Assembly (NCBI GenBank): GCA_040389905.1
Contig: JAZJZK010000053.1
Location: 14,200 to 78,199 of the forward strand
Direction of reading: 5' to 3'
DNA length: 64,000 nt
From: Gemmatimonadota bacterium
GTDB taxonomy: Bacteria; Gemmatimonadota; Gemmatimonadetes; Gemmatimonadales; Gemmatimonadaceae
The notes under the pieces are model-generated. The model did not search any database. It was not told where the DNA came from and worked only from the letters and a program-made list of their open reading frames with translations. Shown here in pieces: positions 63,287 to 64,000 of the stretch. Positions within the stretch are counted from its first letter, which is position 1. Each line of letters starts with the position of its first letter. Position numbers and translations under genes: made by a program.

Positions 63287-63691
63287 TCAGCGTCGCGAGT
63301 TGCGCGCCGGTCGCGGGATGGCCCTGATCGCGCGAATGGATGAGAGCGCTCCGCACTCTTCGGATGGGCGGGCCTTGTCCAACAGCGCCTTCGCTTTTGA
63401 AAGGCGCGCGTCGAAGCGAACCCGCTCACGCTCGGAGCGCTGTGAGGACTGGTATCGCTCGATCAGCGCGACCTCGTCGTGGTGACGCCCAAGCTGGCGG
63501 TAGAGCAGGGCGAGTCGGCCGCAAAGAAAACCAGGCATGGCCGCATCTTCGGCGACAGCGGCGTCGAGCGCTTGTTCATACAGGGTCACAGCTTCCAATG
63601 GTGCGCGCTGTTCCTCGAGTAGCGCGGCCTGCCGCGTCAGGTCGGCAACAGCACCAGAAAGTGAGTCCGGCAATGAGCGGTATCCTGGCAT
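63287..63691 (-). CDS. Hypothetical helical (TPR-like) protein
   Basis: A..LYEQAL...RLA.LYRQLG.H.DEVALIERY. Confidence 0.55.
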   Translation of the reverse strand: MPGYRSLPDSLSGAVADLTRQAALLEEQRAPLEAVTLYEQALDAAVAEDAAMPGFLCGRLALLYRQLGRHHDEVALIERYQSSQRSERERVRFDARLSKAKALLDKARPSEECGALSSIRAIRAIPRPARNSRR

Positions 63692-63925
63692 CGTCGTCGT
63701 TCGGTGTGGTGGGTGAGCACTCTGCTCGCGACCAGGTGTTCGTGTTCTTCTAAAGCCCCGAATGTGGTGATATCTGCGAACGCGGTGCGCATACTACCGA
63801 CCGCGCTTCGCTATGGGAAGTCTTCTCGACAGCTGAAGGCAATGACGCGGGATCTTAGGTACGATATAGTACGCATTAACCCAGCGAGCGCGTCTCTAGC
63901 CTGGCCTCAACACGGTTCAGTTAGC

Positions 63926-64000
63926 GCTGTCATCCCGAGCGGAGCCGAGAGATCTGCACCTGCCGCCGGAGTACGAGGTGCCTCGGCTCGCGTTCGATGG
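63926..64000. repeat. REP-like family A element (degenerate, may continue past window)
   Basis: gctgtcatcccgagcggagccgagagatctgcacct resembles the 25238 and 35184 arms. Confidence 0.7.

Overview
GC-rich bacterial chromosome segment. The gene repertoire (Ser/Thr kinase with TolB-like propeller, carboxypeptidase-regulatory/plug protein, PEP-CTERM protein, DUF4097, FHA/PP2C) suggests Gemmatimonadota; this is inference. Bases 1-34.5 kb are mostly intact housekeeping genes (moaC, holB, uppS, purK/purE, tRNA-Asn, uvrA, pckA, maeB, ATP-dependent ligase) with several families of palindromic intergenic repeats. Bases 34.5-50.2 kb form a metal-handling/envelope neighbourhood: a CxxC+RAPP leader ORF ahead of a porin/metal-binding protein/permease/TlpA operon, a LytS/LytTR pair with 21-bp-phased boxes, a TonB receptor with a lipoprotein, and an Ig-domain metallopeptidase. 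Bases 50.4-58.4 kb are a decaying accessory zone: two degenerate but 21-nt-phased tandem arrays flank a pseudogenised copper operon that has its own broken leader peptide, followed by an integrase-less integron cassette array (attC sites) carrying three toxin-antitoxin pairs. The window ends with a kinase, an oligogalacturonate-lyase-like protein and a protein made of three fused phage tail-collar domains. All family calls are by eye from translations; no searches were run.
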